A stretch of DNA of 60,841 nt, filler included. It is 4 parts of 4 records of this genome, joined end to end, with 100 filler letters (N's around TTAATTAATTAA, not from the genome) between each part and the next. Parts side by side here need not be neighbours in the genome. Positions count along the whole stretch, not along the records: positions 55,203 to 60,841 come from DRR723986_17235; 3 more parts are not named here. One strand, given 5' to 3'. Below, in pieces: positions 59,445 to 60,841 of this stretch. How positions within the stretch are numbered: the stretch's first letter is position 1; the number at the start of each line of letters is the position of its first letter. The notes beneath the pieces are model-generated. The model was not told where the DNA came from. It did no database searches and worked only from the letters and a program-made list of their open reading frames with translations. A program made the translations under genes and the position numbers.

Positions 59445-60841
59445 ACCGCGCATAGAAAGAGGTCGGCCACCTCGACGGTGCCCTCCAGCCGGGAGAGGTC
59501 CAGCATCAGGGCAACCTCGCCGTAGCCCTCCGGCACGCGCCCGTCGTTCGATGACGCCGGGTGGGTGTCGCCGGTGTTCTTCAGGACGGTCTGCCAGTCC
59601 GCCGTCACCTCCACCGGCCAACCGGGATCGCCCACCACCGCGCGGACATCCCCGTCGAAGGCCTGCAGCGTGACGACGGCCCGGCCCGGCGTGTCACTCC
59701 GCATCCGGAACGAAATGCCCAGTTCCGCGCCGGGATGGGCGCGACCAAAGAGCCAGACATGCCGAAAGGCGGGCGAAATGCGGAAAGAGGTCACATCCGT
59801 CGGAAACCGCTGGAATGGGCCCATCGGGCCGTCGCTGGTCCTGAGGTCCAGCGGCAAGCCCCCGAACAGGTTGCGCGAGGGATGGAATTGCACGATCGGC
59901 GCCGTGTGACGCGGCCTCCGCCCGCGCATCAGCGCGGTATCGAGGCGCCCCGGTCCGCCCGCCAAGGCGCCGCTTTGGCTGCGCAGGTTGTAGGTGGACA
60001 CCTCGCGCATGGAGGCCGTGGCCGCGCGCGCGCGCAGCTCGAAGATGTGATCGCACAGATTGCCGGCCTCGAAGCCAGAGCCCGTCACGCCGAACGAGCC
60101 GCCGATCAGGGCGACGTTGCCCCAGCTGAGGTCGATCAGGGGCTTGTCGGCGGCCTTGGGGCGGTTGATCTCCAGATGGCAGCCGTGGAAGGTGGCCCGC
60201 CCCGCCCCCACAAAGACCTGATCGGTGAAGTCTATGGCCGTTCCGAACAGCGCCACCTCTGCATCGTTGTTCAAGATGGCGATCTTGCCGCCGTCGATCA
60301 CCGAGCCGTAGAGGGAGATCAACTCTCCCGCGTCGCGCAGCCCGCCGAGGAAGTGCAAGCCCACCTCGCAGGCGCAGCGCAGGCCGGTGGCGCGGATCAG
60401 GTAGGCGCGGTGCGAAAAGACAAGGCCGGTCTGAAAGCCCCGCACGGTCACGTCGCGCATCTCGACCCGGGAAGAGCGCGCCTCGGCATCGGTTTCGAAC
60501 CGCAGGCCATGCAGCGCCGTGCCCTCGCCGGGGCCGACGATGTCGATCCCTTCGATCCACTTGTGGCCGTATTGCGGGCTGGCCTCGCCCGATCCCACCA
60601 GCAGGCATTCGCGCCACCCCTGCGCGGCAATGCTCAGGGTGTCGATGCGGACGCTGGCGGTTGTCCCAAGCGACAGGTTCGCGGCGCTTTGCGGGCCCTC
60701 GACCTCGAAGTCGTAGCGCCCCGGCGCAATGGCCGTGACGCCGCCCAGCCGGGTGCGGTCCGCCCCGAAGACGGCAACCTCGAGCGCCGGGAAATCGCTG
60801 TCGCCCTCCAACGCGCCGATGACGAGCGTCACGCGGTATCG
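59441..60841 (-). CDS. Right-handed beta-helix protein (tailspike/pectin-lyase-like), 5'-truncated
   Basis: Beta-helix periodicity (VTVRGFQTGL, AGELISLYGSVI, LFGTAIDF, FHGCHLE); frame is open to the window end. Confidence 0.55.
   Translation of the reverse strand, partial: RYRVTLVIGALEGDSDFPALEVAVFGADRTRLGGVTAIAPGRYDFEVEGPQSAANLSLGTTASVRIDTLSIAAQGWRECLLVGSGEASPQYGHKWIEGIDIVGPGEGTALHGLRFETDAEARSSRVEMRDVTVRGFQTGLVFSHRAYLIRATGLRCACEVGLHFLGGLRDAGELISLYGSVIDGGKIAILNNDAEVALFGTAIDFTDQVFVGAGRATFHGCHLEINRPKAADKPLIDLSWGNVALIGGSFGVTGSGFEAGNLCDHIFELRARAATASMREVSTYNLRSQSGALAGGPGRLDTALMRGRRPRHTAPIVQFHPSRNLFGGLPLDLRTSDGPMGPFQRFPTDVTSFRISPAFRHVWLFGRAHPGAELGISFRMRSDTPGRAVVTLQAFDGDVRAVVGDPGWPVEVTADWQTVLKNTGDTHPASSNDGRVPEGYGEVALMLDLSRLEGTVEVADLFLCAV

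Overview
The window is not one locus. It is four unrelated contigs joined by artificial 100-bp spacers (N44-TTAATTAATTAA-N44 at 16888-16987, 48489-48588 and 55103-55202). Contig 1 (1-16887) looks planctomycete-like and has GTAG-type REP hairpins at both ends. It carries a co-oriented terpenoid-like cluster: MoxR-type AAA+ ATPase, divergent squalene-hopene-cyclase-like class II cyclase, Cys-rich DUF116-like/polyprenyl synthase fusion, chorismate-lyase-fold protein and an ABC-2 exporter. It also carries sthA, a flippase, and a hidden selenoprotein (AhpC/TSA-like, UxxC with a SECIS-like hairpin) that the ORF track splits in two. Contig 2 (16988-48488) is an AT-richer alphaproteobacterial housekeeping region: der 3' end, ctaA, rplM-rpsI, motA with a CtrA-like box, argC, sodB, glnK-amtB with sigma54/NtrC sites, tRNA-Ser, gyrA, coaD and queA, plus several apparent pseudo-enzymes. 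Contig 3 (48589-55102) is a sugar/polyol uptake and catabolism operon of unresolved substrate. Contig 4 (55203-60841) is very GC-rich and holds a polysaccharide-locus fragment with an Sfp PPTase, a CocE/NonD hydrolase and a tailspike-like beta-helix protein in an interleaved strand arrangement. The best candidate for an undescribed system is the contig-1 cyclase/DUF116-prenyltransferase/chorismate-lyase-like cluster. The best-supported hidden feature is the selenoprotein. All family assignments come from motif recognition by eye; no database searches were run.
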